Source of the DNA: Amphiscolops sp. MND2022 | Taxonomy: Eukaryota | Assembly (NCBI GenBank): GCA_964187785.1 | Contig: OZ076409.1 | Span: 13,890,001 to 13,954,000, forward strand | Direction of reading: 5' to 3' | DNA: 64,000 nt | Shown: positions 13,162-24,429 of the stretch, piece after piece | Layout: every line of letters starts with the position of its first letter | How positions within the stretch are numbered: the first letter of the stretch is position 1 | Program-made: the position numbers and the translations under genes | Notes under the pieces: generated by a model | Database searches by the model: none | What the model was told of the DNA's origin: nothing | The model's input: only the letters and a program-made list of their open reading frames with translations

Positions 13162-13557
13162 GGCTCTTTTCTGTTTTTCTCCCCACCACCAAAATTTTGG
13201 AAGTAAATTTCTTTAAAAACTTTAGGCTAGTCTAATTAAAAGTAAAACCTTTTTTCATAATGGGAAGCTAACGTCTATTAGAGTATTTTCCCGCTAGAAC
13301 AAAACATTGATCACGCTTTTTGATCATAATATGTTCGTATTAAGTGTTTATTGATGACTCAAAACAGGAAGCTGTTGATTTCTTCATCAAAATTGCGTGA
13401 CTACATATTGAAAAATTGTGAACAAAGTTTTTATCTGAATCCACTAATAATAAATGTAAATTTGAAGCTTTCTGGTTTGTATTCAACTCTTTTTGTTATA
13501 CGATTTTCACTAATTTTCGAAAGAAGTTTTTTGGTGGTGGGGGGGGGCAGAAAAGAG
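13162..13557 (+). mobile_element. MITE family A copy 1 (TIR GGCTCTTTTCTG...CCCCACCACCAAAA)
   Basis: Inverted ends. Full-length similarity to 15958-16855 in the opposite orientation. Partial TSD (AACAAG on both sides). Confidence 0.8.
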
Positions 13558-13606
13558 AACAAGGTGGTCTTACATGCATACTTAATGTGATTAACCGAAC
13601 AATTAC

Positions 13607-13921
13607 GGCTCTTTTCTGATAACATTAGAACACCCCCCCCCCCAACCACCACCACCCCCCCCCCCAACCACCACCACCCCCCCCCCAACCACCACCACCA
13701 CCACCACCACCACCACCACCACCACCACCACCACCACCACCACCACCACCACCACCACCACCACCACCACCACCACCACCACCACCACCACCACCACCAC
13801 AATTTTTGAAAGTTAATTTACTTAAAAAGGTCTGATTAGCCTAATTAAAAGTAAATCCTTCTTTCATAACAGGATGTTGACGTCTTTTAGAATAGTTTTT
13901 TGTTTGAACGAACATTGTTTG
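13607..13921 (+). mobile_element. MITE family A, truncated copy with an expanded C-rich/(CCA)n tract (13631-13801)
   Basis: Starts GGCTCTTTTCTG. After the microsatellite the sequence aligns with copy 1 (CTAATTAAAAGTAAA...TTTCATAA). Confidence 0.8.
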
Positions 13922-14659
13922 TAACATCAGGCAGTCGATGTTACAAAATTTCGATGAAAAATTCGAAATGTGCGGTATCAAATAAGCACATTCAAGATGG
14001 CCGACCCGGCAGGTACGAAAATCGTAGAAGAACCAAAAAAACGTACAAACAGACCACCCCGTAGTCCTCGAAACCCGAAGGCACCCTGAAGAGGCTGAAA
14101 AGAGAGCGAAACCCAGTGTGGTGCCATATCATCCGGGAAAATGTCAGAAGAGACCCTCCAGAATCGAGGTGCAACCTGTCAGTGGATGAAAGAACTCCGG
14201 AACCTTCTTGAAGATGCCCGAGTAACTCTTAGTAGTTAATTTCATTATTAATATTGTTTTTGGCAGGTTTGTGATGAAATTGGACCTATTTTGCTGATTT
14301 TAGATCTAATTCTGCAAATATAATGTACTTTTACTGAACACCGTTTTTGGACCTCGGAATTATGTAGGAGTAGCGGGAAGACGTTAGGAACCTTAGGATT
14401 CGTTTTTACAGGCTTGTGGGACGTGTCCGGACTTTGGGAGTGTCGGCGCGTCGCCTCGGAGCTCTAATCTGAGGAGTCTCCTTAGACGTATGAAAAGTCC
14501 CCCTAGGAGACCATTTTGGGAAAAAAACTGATGTCTAGGGCTCTAGCAAGACAACGGTCTCCTGTTTAAGCACCCTAGGCATTGTCCCACTTCCTAGGTG
14601 TGCGCCGCTAGCCGGAAGTTCCGGTTCACACATTTTGACTTTGATTATTATTTTTATTT

Positions 14660-14753
14660 TCCGACCCACATTTTCAATGGGGGAGGAACGTCATGATCTG
14701 TGTTGTTATTTTCTGACCCACATTTTCAATGGGGGAGAAAAATCATGATCTGT
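14660..14753. repeat. ~54-bp tandem duplication
   Basis: GACCCACATTTTCAATGGGGGAG...TCATGATCTGT occurs twice. Confidence 0.8.
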
Positions 14754-14839
14754 TTTGCGTTTTTTCTTTCAAATTTTGCCAAAACTCCACCTTATACTAA
14801 CTCCACTTACTCAGCCTCCCTGCTCAGCCTCCCTACTGA

Positions 14840-14988
14840 GAGGAGGGAATAATATCTAAAGTAAAAATGGGAATAAGACCTAAGGGGAATAAGATCTAAT
14901 ATTTCAGGACGGGAATAAGATCTGAAGGCAATAAGATCTAAAATCACTTAATTTTAGATCTTATTCTTTAGATCCTATTCCCCCTCCC
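14840..14988. mobile_element. Short foldback-type MITE with GGAATAAGATCTAA subrepeats
   Basis: Five forward and two inverted copies of the motif, with GGAGGG.../...CCCTCC ends. No TSD found. Confidence 0.6.
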
Positions 14989-15085
14989 AAAATAGCTATG
15001 GCTCAGTTGGTGAAGGCCAAAAGGGAGGAAAATATCCCGGTGCTTAGCGGGCGACATGTGTTCGTATTAACTGTTTTTGTGACTG

Positions 15086-15415
15086 TTTTAGTCGGCGCTT
15101 CATGAAGTAAAACGCGACTGCGTTTTGACTATTGTGACCTTTTTTTCTTTCAATCCACACAAACTGACCAAAATTCTGTTTTACAAAGTTCTACGAAATT
15201 TTATGGTGTCAAGTTGAACCGTCTGGCCTAGAGAACTGAACCAAAAAGCTTTTTTTCCGCGTAACCTACAATACTGGGCGAGACTACAAGGTCCCCCTTT
15301 CAGTTTTTTCGGCATTGAGACTCTTTTCGAAAATTTTTAATGACTTCAAAAAGCGCCCCTTCAATAATGTTGTTGTTTTGCGTCAGAAATGTTGAAAAAT
15401 CCCAAGGGGCCGGCA
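15086..15415 (+). mobile_element. HINE/DINE-1-like element, 5' part
   Basis: TTTTAGTCGGCGC 5' subTIR with an inner inverted repeat, plus family-typical TTTTTCGGCA internal motifs. Confidence 0.6.
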
Positions 15416-15957
15416 TTGGATTAACTAATTGTGCGCTGAATAATAGCGCCAGAAGTATCGCAAAATTTGAAGTTCAGATTTCATTTCAAGAAGCAAAAGT
15501 AGACGGACTACTTTTTCTCGTGCAGCCAATATTAACTCCATATATGCATCTATTGGTTTTTCCACGCAAATGGAAAATTCCCTGCTTTACATAAGACGAC
15601 CTTCTCCACAAAATATTGCTTACAAAGAGCATGTTTTTCATTAAAAATTGTGTTTTCAAAGAGCTAAAAATCTATATTAACTTTCACTTAATCTTGTAGA
15701 GCCACACAAAATTATTAAAATAATATAAAAGCGATTTTTTTAGTAGCTCTATTTCAGCTACATTAATTGCTGCGATCGAATGAGTTTATTAAAGCGGCTG
15801 TTTTTAATAAGATGAATGGAAGAAATAAGTAGATACAATGTTAAGCACGTGAAAAAACATTTCAACAAACTATGCAATCCAAAAGATAAAAGTTGAACTA
15901 ATTCTCGTGATCAGCAGTGTGGCTCTTTTTTCAAATGACAAATTCAAAAGGTTTTTC

Positions 15958-16855
15958 GGCTCTTTTCTGGTTGGGCGACAATTCGTCCCAAGCGACGATT
16001 CGTCCCAAGCGACAATTCGTCCCAAATTCAGAAAAGCGACAATTCGTCCCAATTTTGAAAAGGCGACAATTCGTCCCATTGGTAAAAAAGCGACAATTCG
16101 TCCCAAATTGTTTAATTGATCAACTAATTAACACCTTTTTGAAGATTGAGATGAAAAAATTGTACAAATAAACTACAAATGATTACATTTAAGCATTAAT
16201 TTACATTACATTTAAGCCCTATTAATTGTTGGTACCTGCCTCTAATTGTAATATTTCCGGATACATTATTGCAAAAGTATTGATTGGCAATTATATGGGA
16301 CGAATTGCAGCTTTTAAAAAATTGGGACGAATTGTCGCTTTTTCAAAATGGGACAAATTGACGCTTGGGACGAATTGTCACTTTTTGAAATTTGGGACGA
16401 ATTGTCGCTTGGGACGAAACGTCGCTTGGGACGAATTGTCGCTTTACGCTCTTTTCTGTTACCACCCACCAAATTTTTCTTGAAAAATTAGTGAAAATCT
16501 TATAACAAAAAGACTTGAATACAAATCAGAAAGCTTCAAGTTCACATATTTTCTTGGTGAGGCAGTTTAGGATTCGGATACAAACTTTGTTCACACTTTT
16601 TCAATATGTAGTCACGCATTTTTGATGAAGAAATCAACAGCTTTGTGTTTTGAGTCACAAAAAACAGTTAATACGAGCATACGTATAATCAAAATGTGTG
16701 AACAATGTTTTGTTCAAGCAAAAAACGTCTAATAGACGTTAACTTCCGGTATGAAAGAAGGTTTTATACTTTTAATTAGGCTAGTATAAAGTTTTTAAGG
16801 AAATTTACTTCCAAAAGTTTTGGTGGGGGGGGGGCGTTTGGGACAGAAAAGAGCC
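15958..16855 (-). mobile_element. MITE family A copy with 8-bp TSD (Merlin- or hAT/P-like), hosting a nested MITE
   Basis: TSD GGTTTTTC (15950-15957, 16856-16863). TIR GGCTCTTTTCTG / CAGAAAAGAGCC. Confidence 0.85.
15969..16448. mobile_element. Mutator/Foldback-like MITE with GCGACAATTCGTCCCA arrays
   Basis: About six motif copies on each arm in inverted orientation. 9-bp TSD CTCTTTTCT (15960-15968, 16449-16457). Confidence 0.92.
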
Positions 16856-18569
16856 GGTTTTTCAAACTGGCCTGATTATTGTGAAATCCTTCTCCATTAC
16901 AAGTAGATATTTATATTCGACTGAACCGTTTTTTGAGAGAAAAAATTAAATCACCACAGAAACCATTAAACTCTTTCTTTTCAGAGTAGGAATTTAGCGT
17001 CTAGGCATAATTTCCGTTTACACTATTTCTCCTCACGAAGAATTTTTCAAGAGATGAACAGGTTTTGAGTTAAAAAAAAGGTATTTAGAGCATAATCACA
17101 GTTAAAACTTTTGAAAAGTATTTTGTTCAATTCTATTTCAATAGAAGTCGGACTATTTTCAAACATCTTCGGAAAAGTTTTATTTTATTTTGGCGTTTGG
17201 AGTTGGGGGGTTACAGAAGAGAGCCAAATTGTGTTCATTTTGTTTTATGTAACTGTTTCATGTGAGTCAAAAACAAAGCGACTGATTTCTTCACAAAAAA
17301 ACCACGACTTTGCCTTCCGTTTCTTAGTCAATACCTCGTTTTTTTCCCGAATCGGAACTTCAACCGAGGCATAGCTTTTTTCGTAACGTCAAGCTATCAC
17401 GTGAACGCAATATCTGTAGACCAAAACTGGTCAAAAATTCTAATTCTAACCAATACATGGTGTAGAACTATGTGTATTTTTGGTCAGAGCACGCAGTGGG
17501 GGAAAATTGCGATGAGATTTTAGGAGAATTTGAAAACCGCCAGAAGTTCATTTGTTCACGTTCGGATGTCATATTCTCGGAATCTTAACTCTTGGAGTGC
17601 CGAAAAGAATATTGTTTGACAACTCTCGTTTAGAGTAATGCGTTTTGTGTAACTGTTTCGGGATCCCTTGTCCTAGCGTCTCCTAATGTCTCTTGGTTTG
17701 TGATAGTACGTTATGGAGAATGACGCATCTATATCTCACAAAAGTTTGCATTTCCGAACTTCCGGTCCTAATTGACTTCCCTAGTTCACAGTGCATGAAC
17801 TGAAGATTTTTCCCTGCATGATTCCAAAAGTTTCTAGTTTTTTTAAAATAAACTTCCCTGTATGCTACCATGCAACATGTGAGAAGTTCATACAGGCTCG
17901 ACTAGTCCTTGAACCTTAGTTTTTCCAGAGGAGCTCTTTAGGATTTCCCAGTGGCCTTAGCGCTTTGCGATAGATGTGCGTTTTTTTCATTGTTAGAAAC
18001 ATCAAGCAAATAACTTCAAATTTTTACACAGAGGCGTAGCCGTGTTTCGCAAACACTTGCGAAGCAAATTGCGAGAGAAAACCAAATAAGCAATATCAAA
18101 CGTAGAACCAAGGGTTGAGGCTTTTCCACTAATTGATCTATTTAAAAAGAAACAACACCGGTCCCGAAATAGGAATTGCTTCTTGTCATCAAAGCTGCTT
18201 TTCAGATCTAAAGACCAATTTGAAAAATATGCTGCATACTCAAGTGAAAACATTCTCCCAAAACGCATTCGGTAGCGTTCACTAGAAGCTGCTGCTAAAA
18301 CAGACTGCTTGTAGACAGCACGACTTGTAAAAATATTAGCGCGTACGCATCGGTTCGAACATGAAACCTCGAGTTGAAAAGCCAATATCTAACAACTATA
18401 CCATGAACGCCTGAACTGTGAAATTTGCCGTCTGAAACGAGGCAGTTGTCGCGCGGAAAAAAGCACGTGCACTTCACCAAAACAACTTGGTTATCGCGAG
18501 TGTAATGATGCAACCCCTGTGATAAGCAGGCAGACATTCATTGCAAGGCAATATAACATTAAAACTAAC

Positions 18570-18869
18570 CTTCATATGGTCCAGCAGTAAAATGAAGTTA
18601 CAGTCGAGGTTAACCAGAAAATATTCCTCACTAGGTGGCTGGGAATCGTTGTTACTCCCGTTGGCTGAATTTGGCCTTGACCCGTTTGCATGCTCCAAGT
18701 TTTCTGTCACTGTTTTACGTTTTTCTTTGTCTCCTTGTTTCATAGATTCTTCCCTCGCCACTTTTTCTGGCGATCTTCTCTGTGCTTTCTCTTGTTTAGT
18801 ATCTTTTTCATTGGGTTTCACTGGGACGTCTTTGTTCAAGGTCTTTTCCTTGTCAGGCGGAGTTTGCAA
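18570..18869 (-). CDS. Upstream exon of CXorf65/C22orf15-like gene (LQTPPDKEK...EEYFLVNLDCNFILLLDHMK)
   Basis: Acceptor tattttag, donor AAG|GTTAGT, phase 0, joining in frame to 13111. FLVNxxC..LL motif is typical of the family. Start codon or first exon not identified. Confidence 0.7.
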
Positions 18870-19280
18870 CTAAAATATTTTTCAAAGAAACGCTATGGGT
18901 TAGATAGTTGTTTGGGAATCTTGTTTATTATTAGTAGGAAGGCTCGTTCCGGTTCTACTGGAAAAAGCCACAAACATCATTTCTTACAAAATATTGCCAT
19001 GTTCTGGCACAAAAAGATAATTGTACACTTTCAAAAATGTACCGCGAATTCTCGGGACACAGTTTCGAAAATGTCTACTTCTGAGTGATAATGATTGAAT
19101 TTTGACGAGTATTAAAAAAATTTTCATAAAGGAGGACAATATTTCAAGGATGTGGGAAAGTTCATTGAAGTTACTGGTCGTTTGTTTTGTTGTTTTGGGC
19201 TGAAGTACTTTTTGCAGCATCTTGAGTCAGATTTGATCCCTATAATTACAGCTGGTATAGATTTAGTTTCCTTGAAATCC

Positions 19281-20023
19281 TTTTTTAGTCGGCGCATTAT
19301 AGTAAAAAGTGCAAGACTCTTGCAGTGGCATTTTTTTCTTCAGTCATACTTTTATCAATCTTAAATAGAATATTAAATGTTGAATTCGAATTTAGAACAA
19401 AGGGGTCGCGCCTTTTGGCCCGTTGGATAACGAGGATTTCCAAAGCTGATGACGGGGCCTGAGAAGCAGGAGTACGGAGTTTCGAGTACCGCACTAAATC
19501 AAATTTGTTACGTCTGCAAAGGCAGAGGAACCCCTTTGGGTTTTTTCGGTGAGGAACAAACAGCTTCGCGAGCTGCGATTTTGATTTTTGGCACTGTGCA
19601 ACTTATCGAAGCCTTTTCGAATTTTTTTTGAACAAACGTTTGCACACAATTTTTGCTTTTTTGAGGTTTTCTGTTAAGGAAACCCGTTTTCCGAGTCTTA
19701 AGGCTGACATCTTCGGATATTTTTAGGTCCTGTGGGGCTGATGAGAGTTTTCTCAGACCTATGGTTTCTTCGGCACTAAGCGACTTCTTTTCGGGAAAAA
19801 ATCATTGGTTAAAGGGTTTCGCTCTTTCACTTCTTGAACGTTTTCGTCTCGGAAAAATGTTTTACGAACTTAGAGGTTCTCCTTTTGGGTTTTTCGGCAC
19901 CATAAGATTTTTTCCGGGAAGAATAAATTTTGATAAAAGCGTTCACAAACTTTCCCTTTTCAAAACACATTTTGCTTTTTGAACCTTGAGCGGGGAGCCG
20001 ATTTGGGCCGTTCCCCGCTTGTT
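19281..20023 (+). mobile_element. HINE/DINE-1-like (non-autonomous Helentron) element
   Basis: 5' TTTAGTCGGCGC. 3' GAGCCGATTTGGGCCGTTCCCCGCTTGTT (subTIR plus hairpin). T-rich flanks. Confidence 0.75.
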
Positions 20024-23000
20024 TAAAACTCTAGAGTCTGGAATAGTTTTTTAACAATTCCGGAAACTCAAAATATTCTCGTCCAAATTATATCGACAAA
20101 CATTTTTTTCACCATCATGCAAATTTCAAAACCATTAATTCACCAAACACCATTATTGATATTTCCCAGAAAATTCAAAAACTATCCCTACATAACTTTT
20201 TTTGTACCAATAAATGGCAAACTTACTAATTTGTCGTTGAAAAAAGGTAAAAAAACCAATTAAATGCTGAAAGTTTGAGTTTATATAACTAACTTTGATT
20301 TTGACGAAAGCTACGTGTCTTTCCATCAATCAGAGCACATCATCGGCTTACAGCCACTTCAAAATTAATTTCCTGTGCGCGAATTTTCTTTTGGCGCCTG
20401 AAGGTAATGAGTTTTTGATGAAATCTGTGAGGAGATAAGATTGCACACGTGAATTTGGTGCGGGATAGTAATAAAAGCAAATGATTCTATTCACGGAAGC
20501 TTTTCCTTTGTTCTTCAAATATTCAAGCGTATCTTGCACGAAGTGAAACCGGTTCTATATCACACACTCTGAGTGCTTCCTACATTATGCATACGTATGA
20601 ATTTATGCTCAGCGAATGAGCATCGATTAATGCGGTGGGTCATGTAAAAATCAATATATTTGGAATTGCTTCTTCATCATAATCACCATTCTCATTATTT
20701 GATCGTTGTTCAATTGAATAGCAAATAGGAATCAAGGGAAAAGAACAAAAAATGTTGCAAAATTGTGCAAAATTAACAGAAAAGTCTTACAAAGATTAGC
20801 AGCGAGTGAAAAGAAACAGCGAGGCTTTTGTCTGAATATACAAAAAAGAACATTCTAGGGTTTCAAATTAGTTTTTGAGTTGCATTGTCTGTAATGTGCG
20901 AAAATCAAACACCTTCCAGCCCAGCTTTATTTATTTGTTTGACTTAAAAAACATCGAAAGATATAATGGGAAAAGAAAACAGATAACTAGCTCAAGCAGT
21001 TATGCATATAACGATTAAGGAACGCTATTCGAAACTTGGCAGCCTTAATTCAAAACCCAATATAGTTTGGGAGTAATGTTTATAGTTCAGCTATAGGGCA
21101 TTTTCGTTATCAAATGTGATATAACCGAAAAAGGTAATTCTTTTGTTCAAAATGTTTGGACCAAAATGTTCGTTCAAGAAGTCGTTCGTAGCCAAAAAAC
21201 GATGGAGCCTATGATCTTTCTACCTTTATGAACAATTAACAAGAAGATTTAACAAAAAGCGACGACCAAAAATATGTGCGCAAGAAAAAGCAACCTAAAA
21301 ACATGCTTTCAAGTCACTACGTGCACGCACCCGCGGAAATCACTAGACCAAGTGGCCAGTTTTTATTTTTCAGATGATGAAAAATACAAAAAAACGGAAA
21401 TCATCTCATACTTCGAAGCTAAAAACAAGCTTCTCAGATGTGAGAATAAAATCATCAATTAAACCAAATCACTTTTTTGTACTCCAGCTAGAAAAAAATC
21501 ATTATCCTTTTAGTTAATTTGTAAATCAGTTTTCTGTAGACTTTTTTGGATCCAGTTAATTTGAAACGATCAATTCTTCGCATCATCCAGCCTCAAAAGT
21601 CAAGATGTTATGCGATGTTACCGAATGACCTGAAACTAAGGTTGCTGTGAAAACTCAACTTACCACGAGAAGTCACTGCCCAGAGACGGAACGTGAAAAA
21701 AAGCGAATGATGGCAAAGCATGTCAAACAGAGAGAAGCAACCTTTGTTCCAGTGAAGCACTACGCCACACAGTCAAAAATTAACAAAAACCGAAAAAACT
21801 TTTCAAAATTCACAATCAAATGTTCACGGTGCATTTGTATGTTTTTTCCTAGAGAGTTTTCCTAGACTTATTAGATTTGAGTTTGAAGATGAACGGGAAT
21901 TTAGTTAGGTGAAATTCTTCTTTGGAAATTGCTATTGCTCGAAAGAATATAAAAACATTTCAGAGAAAAATTGGGACTTGAAGAGAAAAATTAACAAATA
22001 ATTTTTCAGGAGATTTTAGATAGCATTACTTTGTTTTAGTTGACTTCCCGAGTCAAAATCTTCTGAATGAAGTTATTAATTCAAAGAGCATGTCGTTCGA
22101 TGGTTTTTTGTGACCAAACTTTTTCAACAACCCAGAGATTGATGCAACACAATTTGATGACATTATCACATGGCCAAGGAGCACAAGGCTTCAGCACTCT
22201 GAGTATTCTTTTTTTACTACTTGATCACAGCAATCTGTTTGATGAAGCGACTGGGAATGGAAGTTGCGAGGAAAACAGTTCGAAGTTTGGTGAGAATTTG
22301 TAGAATTTCTGGAAAGGAAACAATTGGATTCAGTTGAAGCAGCAGAACCTGTTGGTACTGTGCTATAGAATTGTTTGCAAGACTCTTATAAAAGTGATAA
22401 TCGTCTCCGTATCCATCAACGTTTGAACAAGTAAGGTGAGAGCTTGATCTCACGAGAAAGTTTGACGAGACCTTTAACTAACCGATATCGCAGGTGGCAT
22501 GCTATATAGCATATGCTCCGTAGTTTTGAACGTTTGACAAATAGTTTTGCAAGTTCTGTGACGGTTTCCAAAAAACTCAAAACTTCGCAAGTCTACAACA
22601 ATGTCCACAACTTTTTTCAAGTTCCAAAATAGAAGCAAAGCTGGAAACACATACACTCCTGTTGAATCCTTTTATAGCGCACAATTATTCACTGTTCAAG
22701 TTTACACCGCCTTTAATTCTTCGCGGACTAAAGAAAATATGTATAACTACTTTAGAAGCGTTTACGAAGTCTCGCATGCGCACTGGAATTCAGGTAAATC
22801 TCTCTGCGATCGAACAATTCACACATTTGCTTCATCTTAATGAATTCGGCTTGTGAATGAAGTTATTAATCTTACTGTCGTCGACAGCATGAAAAAAATT
22901 TTAAATCCAACGCTTACACTCACTGCTTAACAATCTTAGTGAATCTTTTTCAGTGGGTACTCGGTTAACGAACAAACTCGGCTAAAACTCCTTTTTTACA

Positions 23001-24098
23001 GTATTTTTATTTATTCTGCTACCGCAAAAAAAATCGCCAAAAATAAGTTCACACTTCATTAAGGACGTGAAATGTTTCAAGTTCGATAATTCTGGTCACC
23101 AACCAAAGTCACTACGAGCGGACACCCGCTTTAGTAACTAGTCCAAGTGGCAAGTAGAATGCAGCCTTATCAATCCAATCTAGCATTTTCAAGTCAAAGC
23201 TGCTATAGAAGAAAAATCAAGACACCGAAAAGTATTAAACATTAAGTCAGTCGATTTTGCAGAAGAATAGAAATTGTAGAACGAGCATCAGACAACGGAA
23301 TCATCACAAGAAAAACAAAACAGCCTAATATACTGCCAGTCCAACGCACTACTAACTCGGCACAGTGCCGAAAACATCACACACTTAGGTAACTTAGCTA
23401 ACTACAGTATCTAAATGGAATAATAATAAAGTGGGGATTTGGCAGAATTTGTAAATAAAGTGGAGATTTGGCAGAATCAGGGAAAAACGCTACACAGACG
23501 GTGGTTTTGCTCCAGTTTCACAAATAACTTTGTCAGGTCGGAAATTTAAAAAGAACAAATCTATTCTCAGAGCGCTTCTTTTTCACTCTATTTCCTTCAC
23601 TTGCTAGCTCAGTTTCTGCCTGAACCACTGGATAATTGGACAATGATTTGCTTGTTGGCTTGGGAATAAGAGATCGAAGTTCCGAAACTGGAGATCGTTG
23701 TTGTATTGTGATTTTGGTAGCGTCAAAACCTCGACAAATAGGCGCGAAGGTATCTAACTGTTTCCAAAGGAGTTTTGTAGGAGTATAGAAAAATTATCGT
23801 TGTGCAACCGAAGTCACTAAACTCATGCCAACGAAACTTAAATAAATTGGCAGAACAGAAAAAGCATTGCTGCTTAAATTCAAAAAAATGTGAGCATGAA
23901 ATCAACAAATAGCTATGAACAACTATGTGGACGAAAACGACCAAAAACGTATTGAATCTGCTTTAGAAGTTGAAAAATAGTATGTCCATGAAAATTTGGT
24001 TAAAAGTTCGGCAAAATTTTTACCAAGACCTCGAAGATTCGATGCTGTAGGAACTTGAAAAGAGTTTCAAGAGATGAGCTTACGAAAATCATCAGCGT

Positions 24099-24429
24099 TT
24101 TTTAGTCGGCGCTTTTCGTAGAAAAACGCAGACTATAGTAGTGACTTTTTTTAAGACCAACGAAGTGACAGATTTTTTAAGCTTTATAAGCTGACTTGAA
24201 CTAAGACTAAATGCCACACTAATTCTACTGGCACTTGAGATAGAGGTTAAGTAGGCTTTTTTGAGGTCCCCTTTTACATTTTTCGGGGACCAAAAAGATT
24301 TTGAGAAAAAATTGATTTTTTTCCAATTTTTTCCTCATGCGGGTACTGTAGAAGAGAATACTTGACACATTGAAGCCCTTTTGCTATTTTTGAGATAGGG
24401 GCGCCGACTTGGGCCGTTCCCGGCTTGTT
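24099..24429 (+). mobile_element. HINE/DINE-1-like element
   Basis: 5' TTTAGTCGGCGC...GCAGACTA. 3' GCGCCGACT-TGGGCCGTTCCCGGCT-TGTT. Confidence 0.8.

Noticed and set aside
13431..13802. Poly-Trp and poly-Val ORFs
   Set aside because: Translation artefacts of the (CCA)n microsatellite.
14993..15060. tRNA or tRNA-derived SINE (TGGCTCAGTTGG A-box)
   Set aside because: No B-box or cloverleaf downstream.
15969..16448. CRISPR-like repeat array
   Set aside because: Repeats are short, inverted between arms, have tiny spacers and are bounded by a 9-bp TSD. No cas genes; eukaryotic context.
18002..18385. 127-aa intronic ORF
   Set aside because: Non-ATG start, no recognisable homology, and not needed for the gene model.
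20348..20560. Possible first exon of the CXorf65-like gene
   Set aside because: Weak splice signals and no family similarity.
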